Shown piece by piece: positions 30,253 to 40,000 of a DNA stretch of 64,000 nucleotides (the stretch's first letter is position 1; each line of letters begins with the position of its first letter). The notes under the pieces are model-generated. The model made no database searches. It saw nothing but the letters and a program-made list of their open reading frames with translations, and had not been told where the DNA came from. The stretch is from Fibrobacteria bacterium. Lineage in GTDB: Bacteria; Fibrobacterota; Fibrobacteria; UBA11236; JADFYW01. The stretch spans positions 1 to 64,000 of the forward strand of contig JBNKOC010000031.1 in the NCBI GenBank assembly GCA_050294405.1. Direction: 5' to 3'. Made by a program: the position numbers and the translations under genes.

Positions 30253-30455
30253 TCTTTGATTATACCAAAGCGAGTTCCAAAAAGAAAAAAAATATTAGAG
30301 TAATTAGCTCCTTAAAACCCCAAATTTTGCGTTTTTTTAGCTTTATTGGGCAAAATTCCTTTTGCAACGCCCTTCAAAACAGTTGTACAATTGGGGCGGT
30401 TGGAGAGTTTTAGATTTTGTTCAATCGTTAAAAAATTATGCTGTGAGGGAGTGGG

Positions 30456-32183
30456 TTGATTCAGGCCGTTGAAAAAAAGCAGCCAGTGCGCATATTGCTG
30501 GTTGACGATGATGAAATGCAATACATGGTCGTGGAAGACGTATTATCCACCATGGACAGTTCTAACTGGTATATTGTGGATTGGGTTACAAACTCCAAAT
30601 CTGCGCTGGATGCCATTGGAAAAATTGAGTACCACCTATGTATGGTGGATTATAATTTAGGTGAAGAAAATGGCATTCGTCTTTTAAAAGATATCAAAGA
30701 AAAAAAAGAAAATATGCCTGTGATGTTAATAAGTGGCTCCATGGACAAAGACATTGATATCCGGGGGATGGAGGCAGGCGCTGTAGATTTTTTACAAAAA
30801 GGGGATCTCACTCCAGTTAAGTTGGAAAGGGCTATTCGTTACGCGGTACACAATTTTTCCGGGTTAACTCCTCCTAAGTACTCAAACCTTCACTATTCCT
30901 GGGTAGGCTTGCCAAACCGTACCATGTTGTTGAATCGGGTAAAAACCAATCTTGCCAAAGATAAAATACCAGAAAAAGGAAAAGCGGCCCTGCTCTCCAT
31001 TAATGTAAATGCTTTTTACAAAATAAATGATGAGTATGGATACGGGGTGGGAGATGAAATTCTAAGGGAAATAAGCACGCGCATCAGCAAACAGCTGGCT
31101 GGTAAATGGAGTTTATATCACCTGGAAGGAGATCATTTTGCCCTTTACTCAGATAGTTTTGAGGAAATAAATGAAATCCTTATTATTTCCAATAAGATAC
31201 ATTCCCAATTTGCCCGCCCTTTTATGTATCAGGGCAAACCTAATTTTTTAAACATTCGAAGCGGAATTGCTATTGCGGATGGAAGCTATTTACAGGCTGA
31301 ACATCTACTGCGGGATGCTATTCGAGCTGCGGAGGAAGTTAAAAACCAGGACGGTGTGAAACACGTCATATATCAAAAGGACCTTGGGAAAAAGGTTGCT
31401 AAAATTTTGGAAATGGAAAGGGAGTTAAGACTGGCGCTGGAACGAGGGGAGTTTGAAGTATACTACCAGCCTATTGTGGATTTGGAAAACAACGAACTTC
31501 AGGCGGCCGAAGCCCTTTTAAGGTGGAACCATCCCAGGTTAGGGCAAATTTTGCCTCAGGATTTTATTTCCCTTGCGGAAGAAACCGGGTTAATTGGCGC
31601 TATTGGCAATTGGGTTTTAAAAACCGCTTGTGAGCAGGCTATGTACTGGCAAATCAGCGGTTTTCCCAGTTTGAGGTTAGCGGTGAATTTTTCGGCCAAG
31701 CAATTTAGTTCTCCCGATGTTATTGAGTTCGTGGACGATGTGCTTAAGGAAACAGGTTTTGATCCTGGACTTTTAGAAATTGAACTTACAGAAACCACGG
31801 CGGTAAACGATAAAACCCAAACTTTGGATTTGATGACTCGCCTGGCAAAACGCGGCATTCGATTTTCCATGGATGATTTTGGCACTGGGTTTTCTTCCCT
31901 TTCTTCTTTGGCTTCTTTTCCCATTACCCACCTTAAAATTGATAAAAGCTTTGTGGGAGATTTGGAAGACCAATTGAGCTCTAAGGGAATAATTAAGGCC
32001 ATTATTTCTATGGCGAATTACCTTAAAATTAAAATCATTGCCGAAGGGGTAGAAACAGACAGCCAACGGGAATTTCTAAAATCAGAAGGATGCCAGGAGT
32101 TCCAGGGATTTTTATACAGCAAACCTCTGCCTGTGCGGGACTTTACCCAAATGTTGCAAGTGCAAATGGGCTCTCAGATTTAA
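30456..32183 (+). CDS. REC - degenerate GGDEF - EAL c-di-GMP phosphodiesterase
   Basis: Receiver LVDDD...MVDY...K. GGDEF site reads EGDHF. EAL motifs EALLRW, EIELTE, DDFGTG, AEGVE, QG are intact. Confidence 0.88.
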   Translation: MIQAVEKKQPVRILLVDDDEMQYMVVEDVLSTMDSSNWYIVDWVTNSKSALDAIGKIEYHLCMVDYNLGEENGIRLLKDIKEKKENMPVMLISGSMDKDIDIRGMEAGAVDFLQKGDLTPVKLERAIRYAVHNFSGLTPPKYSNLHYSWVGLPNRTMLLNRVKTNLAKDKIPEKGKAALLSINVNAFYKINDEYGYGVGDEILREISTRISKQLAGKWSLYHLEGDHFALYSDSFEEINEILIISNKIHSQFARPFMYQGKPNFLNIRSGIAIADGSYLQAEHLLRDAIRAAEEVKNQDGVKHVIYQKDLGKKVAKILEMERELRLALERGEFEVYYQPIVDLENNELQAAEALLRWNHPRLGQILPQDFISLAEETGLIGAIGNWVLKTACEQAMYWQISGFPSLRLAVNFSAKQFSSPDVIEFVDDVLKETGFDPGLLEIELTETTAVNDKTQTLDLMTRLAKRGIRFSMDDFGTGFSSLSSLASFPITHLKIDKSFVGDLEDQLSSKGIIKAIISMANYLKIKIIAEGVETDSQREFLKSEGCQEFQGFLYSKPLPVRDFTQMLQVQMGSQI

Positions 32184-33908
32184 ATGCCTGTAAATCCTAA
32201 TATAAGTTCCATACGAGTTCTGGTAATTAGTTCGGATTCCAATCTTCAGAGCAACCTAAAAAAACTTCTTACAGAACCTCATAAAAACTTTGAGGCCCAC
32301 TACTATCTGGATAAAGTGGATAACTGCAAATCCGGTCTTACCGTGTTGCAACAAATTCAATTTGATATATGTTTTCTGCATAAGGATATAAATGAGGAGA
32401 GAGGGTTTGACTTCTTAAAAAAATGCACTCTCAGCGGGCTAAAAATTCCAGTAATATACCTTTCAGAAAAAGAAGATTACCATTTAAACATGAATGCTCT
32501 AAGAGAGGGGGCGTCGGAGATATTAAAAATGGAGGGACTTGAATCCGCCAAGCTTAAAAGCACCATTAAGTTTTGCATGGAGCGTAGATTTTTAATGGAT
32601 GAGTCCAGAAATTCCAATATACATTATTCCTGGACTGGCCTTCCCAACAGGTTATTGTTTCAAAACCGGCTTCGTTATGCTATGAAGCGGGCTAAAAATG
32701 ATACCGATTCCATTTTTGCAGTCCTTATGCTGGATGTAAATGATTTTAACCGCATAAATGACAGCTATGGATATAGCACTGGGGATCAACTGCTGCTGGA
32801 TATGGTTTCACGGATAAAAGAAACCATGAGACCTAAGGATGTTTTGGGTCATTTAGCTGGTGATCAATTTGTTATCTTATTGGAAAACCTGGAAGAGTAT
32901 CAAAATATTTTGGTTTTTATCAACCGCATACAAAATGAATTTAAAAAACCCTTTCATATATATGGAGACAGCGTCCATATCAGCCTTCGAATCGGTGCCG
33001 TGGTGGATTCCTCCAGATATAAACATCCAGACCATATTCTGAGAGACTCTGTGCGTGCGGCAGAGCAAGTGAAAAGTTTGCCGGGAAAAAACTTTTGTCT
33101 CTACGAAGGGGAAGCCAATCACAAAGCCGCTGAACATTTCAACCTGGAAATGGAATTGCGCTCTGCCCTTGAGCTTGGAGAACTAGAGGTATATTACCAA
33201 CCTAAAATCAATGTGGAAACGGGCTGCATAAGCGGGATGGAGGCTTTATTGCGCTGGCATCATCCCCAAAAGGGAATGTTGTTTCCGGTGGACTTTATTC
33301 CTATTGCCGAAGAAACTGGAATTATTACCGATCTGGGACATTTTGTGTTAAAAGAAGCCTGCCAGCAAATTGCAAAATGGGAGGAATTGGGATATCCTAA
33401 TTTATCCATGGCCATTAACTTTAGTTCAAGGCAATTCCAAGATTTTCGGATGTTACAAAAGGTTGAGGAATGTTTAACGGAATATCAAATTAAACCAGGG
33501 AACATTGAAATTGATATACGGGAATCCGCGGCCCTTAAAAATAAAGAATTGTGTCAGGAAGTTATTCAGGAGTTAAAAAATTTAGGAGTTAAAGTAGCTA
33601 TGGATGATTTTGGGAGTGGTTATTCTTCTTTGTCCAGTATTCGGATGTTCCCGGTCAACATTCTTAAAATAGACAAAAGCTTTGTAAGTGAACTGGAATC
33701 CAATCAGGATTCCAGGGCTATAGTGAGCGCTATTATTTCCATGGCCAAATATCTATCCCTGGAAACGGTGGCCGAAGGGGTGGAATCTGAATCCCAATTA
33801 AAATTTTTAAAGGAAGAAGGTTGTATGTATTTCCAAGGCTTCTTCCATAGCCAACCCTCCTGTGTCCAGGATATTAATAGCATTCTGGAACAAAACTTTT
33901 CTATTTAG
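32184..33908 (+). CDS. Pseudo-REC - degenerate GGDEF - EAL protein
   Basis: Receiver lacks the phospho-Asp (ICFLH). GGDEF site reads AGDQF. EALLRW, DDFGSG, AEGVE and QG are present. Confidence 0.87.
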   Translation: MPVNPNISSIRVLVISSDSNLQSNLKKLLTEPHKNFEAHYYLDKVDNCKSGLTVLQQIQFDICFLHKDINEERGFDFLKKCTLSGLKIPVIYLSEKEDYHLNMNALREGASEILKMEGLESAKLKSTIKFCMERRFLMDESRNSNIHYSWTGLPNRLLFQNRLRYAMKRAKNDTDSIFAVLMLDVNDFNRINDSYGYSTGDQLLLDMVSRIKETMRPKDVLGHLAGDQFVILLENLEEYQNILVFINRIQNEFKKPFHIYGDSVHISLRIGAVVDSSRYKHPDHILRDSVRAAEQVKSLPGKNFCLYEGEANHKAAEHFNLEMELRSALELGELEVYYQPKINVETGCISGMEALLRWHHPQKGMLFPVDFIPIAEETGIITDLGHFVLKEACQQIAKWEELGYPNLSMAINFSSRQFQDFRMLQKVEECLTEYQIKPGNIEIDIRESAALKNKELCQEVIQELKNLGVKVAMDDFGSGYSSLSSIRMFPVNILKIDKSFVSELESNQDSRAIVSAIISMAKYLSLETVAEGVESESQLKFLKEEGCMYFQGFFHSQPSCVQDINSILEQNFSI

Positions 33909-33927
33909 GGCTAATCCCTTAGGGCTT

Positions 33928-36360
33928 TTAATCTAGCTGCCAATTGTAAAAGCTTCCCGGCCAAAGAGCCCATACTTTAAAATTTTGAGTAAACCTTTTC
34001 TGATCCTCCATATATCTCTGCAATTCACCTTTGAGGTTATTCTGGAGTAAAGTTTTAGAGGAATGGAAAATGTCTGGAGCTTTGTTTAAGGATATGAGCT
34101 GGATGGAGCGGCCTTTGGGAAGGCCTATTTTTAATTTTAAGGCTTCCAAAGATTCTTCAAACCCTCCGATTCTATCGAGGAGTCCGTTTTCAATAGCCTG
34201 GCTTCCCAAAAAGACCCTGCCAGAGGCCAAATTCTCCAGGCTGTCTTTTTCAATTTTGCGGGATTTCTGAACGACATTCAAAAAACGTTCGTAAAATGTA
34301 TCCATAAATTGTTGGATGGATTCAACTTCTTTAGAGTTCCATTGTCTAAGGATAGACTTGGCATCCGCATGTTCATTTGAATTAATAGTTTCATGATTTA
34401 TTCCTAGTTTTTCCAGAGTATTTTTAGCCACAAATTTTCCACCAAAAATACCAATAGAACCCACGACCGAGTTCTCTGTTCCCAAAATTAAATCAGCAGC
34501 AGAGGCCAAATAATAACATCCACTGGCGCATACGCTGCCCACGGATGCAATAAGGGGCTTTCCGGTATTTTTGAATTGTAATAACTCCTCATATATAACA
34601 TCCGAAGCTACGGCAGAGCCTCCACCGGAGTTTAAGCGCAATAGCAGGCCTTCAATGTGCGGGTCTTTTTTGGCTCTTCGAATTTGCCTGATTATATGAT
34701 CGCTTCCCGAAATTTCACCTGTTAATGGATTGCCATTTCCGTTTCCTCCTTCCATTAAGGTTCCCTCGATTTGTAAAACAGCAAGGGTTGGGGGAGAGGA
34801 CCAGGCCTCTTCATAAAGGTCCTGTCCTTTTAATTCTACTTTAAATTTGGGGTACTTAAAGGCCTCCATTTCCACCATTTCATGTATGTACATGGCGCTG
34901 TCTAAGAGGCCTCTTTCTACGGCGGCGGCAATGCTGATTTCAGGAGAGGACAAAAGCTTTTGCAAAGAATCTGATGTAAGTTTTCGAGAGCTGGAAACAT
35001 CTTTTACATAAGTTTCGAATAACTCCTCCAGTAAACTGCTTAGATTTTGTTTGTACTCGGGAGAAATGCTGTCATTGGTAAACATTTCCGGGTAGGATTT
35101 ATAATCTCCATGTTTAATGAACTGAGGCTCAATACCAAATTTTGCCAAAAAGTTTTTAATAAAAAACACCTGGGCGCTAAAACCCTGAACATCAAAATAG
35201 GAACTGGGTGGCATGGAAACGTAGTCTGCAGCGCTGGCCAGATAATAGCTAAGGGTGGAGGTGGTTTCCATAAAGGCTCCAATGTAAATGCCCTTTTCCC
35301 TGGCTTTTAGCAACTCTTTGCGGATTTCCGTGGCCACTGCAAAGCTGCAGCCTGTGCGCCCGGTTTTCAGCAAAATAGATTTTATTCCCGGAGTAACATA
35401 CAACAACTGGATTTGTTTAATAACATCCAAATGGCCAATTTCCTGCTCGGACAAAATCCAGCCGTCCATACCATAGCCTTCCTGAATGTTAGTGTTTAAA
35501 TCTAAAATGGCTACTTTTCCCTGCTGGCCAATTGCGCTTTGTTTGAGATTTCCATGTAGTTGTAACAAATATTGGTTTTTAGCAGCCTGGCCATTGCTTT
35601 CGCTTTGCAAATAGCCTAAAAAATCCCGTGGAGATGTTTGTATATAAAAGCCCAGGCTCATGTTTTCAGGCTCTTCCAAATCGAATTGCCCGTTTAAATA
35701 TATGCCTCTTATCAGCTCAGCCTGGGCGCCTAAAATTTTTTGTTGATCTTCCCATTCGTTTTGGGAAAATCCGGCTATCAAGCCTTCGTAATATAAACTG
35801 AATTGATGTCCCCAACTGTTCCTGGCAACCATGGCTAAAGGACGCAGTCCTATTCCGTATTGCTGGGAAGCCCGGCGTCCATTCGTAGAATGGCTTTGCC
35901 ATAAGTTTTGAGTAAAGTATCCAAATTTTACCCAGGAAAAAGGCTCCCATTGAATTCCGTAATTGAAACCAAAGCCATTTCCACCCGCCCAATCCACGTA
36001 CTCCCATTCCAACCCCAGATGAAAATTTTCGCTCAGGGAAAAAGATTTTGCCATGGCCAATTTTCCCTGGTAATTTGCATCAATGTATTCATAACCTATT
36101 GCAAATTTGGATCCTTTCATGTCCAGCTGCAGGGATTCAAAGGAGTTGTTCTTTTCTAAATTTAATTTCAAATTGGCATAAGGACCGGATTTGGGGCTTA
36201 GCCCGGCAGGATTGCCAAATGCCCCGGCATTATTGGAGAGGCTATTAACATAAGGGTGGGTAAAAGGAAGGCTAAGGGCGAAAACCAAATGGAAAACCGG
36301 ACAAATAAAAAATATTAACCCTAATAAAAATTTTACTGATGTTATAGATTTTTTTTTCAT
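33928..36360 (-). CDS. sppA: Signal peptide peptidase SppA (S49) with N-terminal beta-barrel-like domain
   Basis: C-terminal tandem S49 domains (YYLASAAD twice, LRLNSGGGS, CASGCY, GSIGI, GRVFLG). N-terminal signal peptide, NPAGL motif and alternating beta-strand pattern. Confidence 0.82.
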   Translation of the reverse strand: MKKKSITSVKFLLGLIFFICPVFHLVFALSLPFTHPYVNSLSNNAGAFGNPAGLSPKSGPYANLKLNLEKNNSFESLQLDMKGSKFAIGYEYIDANYQGKLAMAKSFSLSENFHLGLEWEYVDWAGGNGFGFNYGIQWEPFSWVKFGYFTQNLWQSHSTNGRRASQQYGIGLRPLAMVARNSWGHQFSLYYEGLIAGFSQNEWEDQQKILGAQAELIRGIYLNGQFDLEEPENMSLGFYIQTSPRDFLGYLQSESNGQAAKNQYLLQLHGNLKQSAIGQQGKVAILDLNTNIQEGYGMDGWILSEQEIGHLDVIKQIQLLYVTPGIKSILLKTGRTGCSFAVATEIRKELLKAREKGIYIGAFMETTSTLSYYLASAADYVSMPPSSYFDVQGFSAQVFFIKNFLAKFGIEPQFIKHGDYKSYPEMFTNDSISPEYKQNLSSLLEELFETYVKDVSSSRKLTSDSLQKLLSSPEISIAAAVERGLLDSAMYIHEMVEMEAFKYPKFKVELKGQDLYEEAWSSPPTLAVLQIEGTLMEGGNGNGNPLTGEISGSDHIIRQIRRAKKDPHIEGLLLRLNSGGGSAVASDVIYEELLQFKNTGKPLIASVGSVCASGCYYLASAADLILGTENSVVGSIGIFGGKFVAKNTLEKLGINHETINSNEHADAKSILRQWNSKEVESIQQFMDTFYERFLNVVQKSRKIEKDSLENLASGRVFLGSQAIENGLLDRIGGFEESLEALKLKIGLPKGRSIQLISLNKAPDIFHSSKTLLQNNLKGELQRYMEDQKRFTQNFKVWALWPGSFYNWQLD

Positions 36361-37253
36361 GTGAGTTCCGCAAGTGACTGAATGTAGGGGATAATTCCCG
36401 TGTATTTAAATTGAAAACCCTGGGACTTTAACTTTTCGGATAAAATAATACAACAATTATCGGCAATGGGATTTGTTTTTTCAGCTTTAGTGAAAATAAT
36501 CGGGTCACTGCCCAGTTTCTCAGCGTAGAGATTGTATAACTTTTCAATTTGCACAGGGTTTTCGTCTGCGGCCAAGTAAAAACCGGGCTCCCATTTTTTT
36601 TCATGGCACTGATATATGGCTTCTTCCAAATCCTCTATGTGAATAAGGTTTAACCAGCGCTGGGGGTTGTCCAATGTTTCCCGCAAACCTTGCATTACTC
36701 TTTTACCGGGATGGCGGCCTGGCCCGTAGTGCCCGGCAGAAATAAAATGATAAATGGAAAAATCAGCTTTTGCGGACCATTCTTTTAATAACTCAAACTG
36801 TTTATAAGAGGCGTTGGGATCCGAAACAGCTTTCATATCCAAGTTCTCTTCTTTAAAAGGGATTAGTTCTCGACCAAAATGGGGGTAGGACTCAAGGCTT
36901 TTTAACATAGCTGTAGAACCTACTACGAAGAATTTTCCAGAAAATTTTATTCTTTTTAATTCCCTCATCACGGCAAAACATCCCCGCCTGTAAAGAGTGT
37001 CTTTGTAGTTCACTTTTTTCCTGTCTACAGTGGGGGCCACGCATAGGAAAACGCTGTCATAACTTATTTTTCCCAAACTAAATGCAGGGTGGGTTATATC
37101 ACGGGTAATGCATTTGCAGCCTAAACTTTCCAGTATGGGATGGTTGCTTTGGCTGCGGGTGATTACACTAACTTCTCTCTTGTCCCCCCGAAACCGCCTG
37201 GCTAGTCTTTGCCCCAGGTAACCGCCACCGATTATTAGTATGGATGAGGCCAA
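36357..37253 (-). CDS. NAD(P)-dependent epimerase/dehydratase-like SDR (YeeZ-like)
   Basis: IIGGGYLG Rossmann motif, YGPGR, NLIHIEDL. Confidence 0.7.
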   Translation of the reverse strand: MASSILIIGGGYLGQRLARRFRGDKREVSVITRSQSNHPILESLGCKCITRDITHPAFSLGKISYDSVFLCVAPTVDRKKVNYKDTLYRRGCFAVMRELKRIKFSGKFFVVGSTAMLKSLESYPHFGRELIPFKEENLDMKAVSDPNASYKQFELLKEWSAKADFSIYHFISAGHYGPGRHPGKRVMQGLRETLDNPQRWLNLIHIEDLEEAIYQCHEKKWEPGFYLAADENPVQIEKLYNLYAEKLGSDPIIFTKAEKTNPIADNCCIILSEKLKSQGFQFKYTGIIPYIQSLAELT

Positions 37254-37254
37254 T

Positions 37255-37617
37255 TTATCCCCGGTAAACGCATTTTGAAGTGCAGGTTTCCCGAATACTC
37301 ACCGAATATAATTCCGGTAATTGGGGTTTTAGCTCTTTCCAAATCCACTTGCAAATATTTTCTGAAGTTGGATTTTTAAGTTCGGGATGTTCGTTAAGAA
37401 AATGGTGATCTAGTTGTTCGCGGATGGGCTTGTATTTTTTTTTAATATCCCCGTAATCCATCAGCCAGCCCATTTGCTCATTAAGGGGACCTCTTACTTC
37501 GATATCACATTGAAAACTATGGCCATGGATTCTACCGCACTTGTGTCCCTCGGGGACATTGGGTAGAAAATGAGCCGCTTCAAAACTAAAACTTTTTATA
37601 AGGCTGTAATCGGACAT
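37255..37617 (-). CDS. queD: 6-carboxy-5,6,7,8-tetrahydropterin synthase
   Basis: FEAAHFLP...HKCGRIHGHSF, LDHHFLN, NPTSEN, ET motifs. Confidence 0.95.
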   Translation of the reverse strand: MSDYSLIKSFSFEAAHFLPNVPEGHKCGRIHGHSFQCDIEVRGPLNEQMGWLMDYGDIKKKYKPIREQLDHHFLNEHPELKNPTSENICKWIWKELKPQLPELYSVSIRETCTSKCVYRG

Positions 37618-37807
37618 GGCATGAAAAATACTCCCTTAATTGGCATTTGCAAAATTCCCCCGGCCACTGGTGGGAAAATGGGAAAAATGGCCAAAATCAG
37701 GATTAAATTGCAATGTGACCGGTACAAATGTACCTTCAAGGGTAAAGTCGAGAATCTAAGATCCGGATTTAGCCAAGTGGCATTCCGGGCGTCTTAAAGG
37801 AGGAGTT

Positions 37808-38995
37808 TTGAGCAACGCACAGGTACAACCAACCGAACCAGGATTTTCTAAGGAGCAATTTAGCTCTTTAGAGAGTATGCGGGACCTGGTCCTGGGAAAT
37901 TTGGTGCTAGTGGGCCAAATTCCTGCAGAGACCTTTTACGAGTCAGAGCGAGCGGAATTTGTAAAACAAAGAATGAGTGAGTATCCCAATATCGATTGCT
38001 ATCAGGATGAAATTGGCAACGTAGTTGGGGTAATTAAGGGAAAAACCTCTGAAAGAAAAATTGTGATTTCTGCCAGTATGGATACCCGTTTTGCCTCATC
38101 GCTCGACCACAACATCAATATTAACCTGGAAAAGGCCAGTGGCCCAGGGGTAGCGAACAACAGTTTGGGCTTAGCCACCTTGATTTCCCTTCCTGAAATT
38201 ATTCCCAATGCCGGCTTAGAATTGGACTCAGATATTATTTTGGTGGCAACCACTATGTCTTTGGGTCGGGGTGATTTACAGGGTATGCGCACCTTTATTA
38301 ACAATTATCCCTTTAACATCGATTTTGTGCTGAACCTCACAGCGACCACCATTGGCCGATTGGATCACTTTTCCCAAAGTGTTGTACGTGCGGATATTAC
38401 CTGCCGGGTGGAAAACGACGAGGAGTATTCTGTATTTGGGTTTGGACAATCCAACGCCATTGTTATCATTAACGAACTGATAAATAGCCTTTTGACCATA
38501 CCTTTGCCCAATCGCCCTAAACTCAGTATGAACATTGGGAAAATACGGGGAGGGGATTCTTATTCTACCCCTTGCCCAAAGGCCACCGTAAATTTGTATG
38601 TGCGCAGTGAAGATGACTCTCAAATTCAAAAGGTGATGGAAAATATAAGGGAATGTTGCGGTGATATTGGGTCGCGTAACCAGTGCCAATTTGATTTGGA
38701 ATTTTTCGGACGGCAACATGCAGCGGGACTGCGTTTTAGCCATCCGTTGGTTAAAACCGCTTCTCGGATAGTGGAAGGCTTAAAGTTTAAACCTATTGTG
38801 GCTCCCACGAATACCCAGATAGCTGTGCCTCTATCCAGAGGGATTCCCTCAATTACATTGGGGATAACTACGGGCAAACAAAGCACCATTCCCAATGATG
38901 GTTATATTGATATCCCTCATATACAAAAAGGCATGGCCCAGGTTTTGATGTTATTACAGGAAATTGATAAGGGAAATTGCGATGACAGATCTTAA
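37808..38995 (+). CDS. M20/M25/M40-fold protein lacking metal ligands (pseudo-peptidase)
   Basis: Fold motifs DEIGNVVG, GPGV, NIGKIRGG are present. Expected AHxDT, GxxDN and EEG positions read ASMDT, GVANN and SLG. AGGAG RBS. Confidence 0.7.
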   Translation: MSNAQVQPTEPGFSKEQFSSLESMRDLVLGNLVLVGQIPAETFYESERAEFVKQRMSEYPNIDCYQDEIGNVVGVIKGKTSERKIVISASMDTRFASSLDHNININLEKASGPGVANNSLGLATLISLPEIIPNAGLELDSDIILVATTMSLGRGDLQGMRTFINNYPFNIDFVLNLTATTIGRLDHFSQSVVRADITCRVENDEEYSVFGFGQSNAIVIINELINSLLTIPLPNRPKLSMNIGKIRGGDSYSTPCPKATVNLYVRSEDDSQIQKVMENIRECCGDIGSRNQCQFDLEFFGRQHAAGLRFSHPLVKTASRIVEGLKFKPIVAPTNTQIAVPLSRGIPSITLGITTGKQSTIPNDGYIDIPHIQKGMAQVLMLLQEIDKGNCDDRS

Positions 38996-39968
38996 AAATT
39001 GGCTGATGAAGCGAACTTTTCATCACTCTGATTTCAGTGATATTAGAAAACTTGTGGAGCGTAAAAGGGAGCTAGGAGTAACTATAAGCCTTTGTTTTCC
39101 CACCTTGAACGAAGCAAAAACCATTGGCAAAGAAATTGTGCTTTTAAAGTCGGAACTTATGTCCCGTTATCCACTATTAGATGAAATTGCTGTAATCGAT
39201 TCCGGTTCCACGGATAAAACTATTGAAGTAGCTCGTTCCTTTGGAGCCAAAGTTTTTTTAGCCTCAGATTATTTAAAGGATTTAGGTGATAAAAAAGGAA
39301 AGGGCGAAAACCTTTGGAAGGCCCTTTATTTATTAAGGGGAGATATTATTGTCTATATCGATGCGGATATCACCAATATCCATCCTAAATTTGTTTACGG
39401 CCTGGTGGGCCCCATGTTAATGGATACCAATATTAAATTTGTAAAGGCCTTTTACGATAGGCCCCTTAGTTTAAAGCAAGGGGTTCGCAGCTCAGGCGGT
39501 GGCCGGGTGACCGAAATATTAATTCGCCCTTTATTTTCCCAATTCTATCCTGCTCTTACCGGGGTGGTTCAGCCTCTAAGCGGAGAATATGCCGGCTATC
39601 GAAGTTTGCTGGAAACCCTTCCCTTCCCAATTGGGTATGGGGTGGAAACGGCTATGTTAATTGATGTTTATGAAAAACACGGATTAGATGTGATTGCTCA
39701 AACCGATTTGGACAAACGAATCCACCGCAATCAAGAAACCAAGTCCTTAGGAAAAATGGCCTTTGGTATTTTGCAAACCTTTTTTAACCGCCTCAATTTG
39801 TACAAAAAAGATATGAATATTCAGGTGGAAAACCTTACCATGCATCAGGTCTTTATGGAAGAAGGCATTCCGGGAATGGAAGATACGGAAATCAAAGAGT
39901 TTGAACGTCCACCTATGATTGAAATTCCCGATTATCAAAAAATAAAATCCGAGCTTTCCCCAAAATAA
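38982..39968 (+). CDS. gpgS: Glucosyl-3-phosphoglycerate synthase (GT81)
   Basis: PTLNEAKTIG, IDSGSTD, GKGENLW, YIDAD, GGRVTEIL, QPLSGEYA, GYGVE, RIHRNQ, ERPPM. Confidence 0.9.
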   Translation: MTDLKNWLMKRTFHHSDFSDIRKLVERKRELGVTISLCFPTLNEAKTIGKEIVLLKSELMSRYPLLDEIAVIDSGSTDKTIEVARSFGAKVFLASDYLKDLGDKKGKGENLWKALYLLRGDIIVYIDADITNIHPKFVYGLVGPMLMDTNIKFVKAFYDRPLSLKQGVRSSGGGRVTEILIRPLFSQFYPALTGVVQPLSGEYAGYRSLLETLPFPIGYGVETAMLIDVYEKHGLDVIAQTDLDKRIHRNQETKSLGKMAFGILQTFFNRLNLYKKDMNIQVENLTMHQVFMEEGIPGMEDTEIKEFERPPMIEIPDYQKIKSELSPK

Positions 39969-40000
39969 AGCCACCTTAGAGCTGCCAAAAAACTGGTTCT

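Noticed and set aside
37255..37617. queD as part of a 7-deazaguanine DNA-modification (dpd) island
   Set aside because: No dpdA, queC, queE or folE nearby; the context looks housekeeping.
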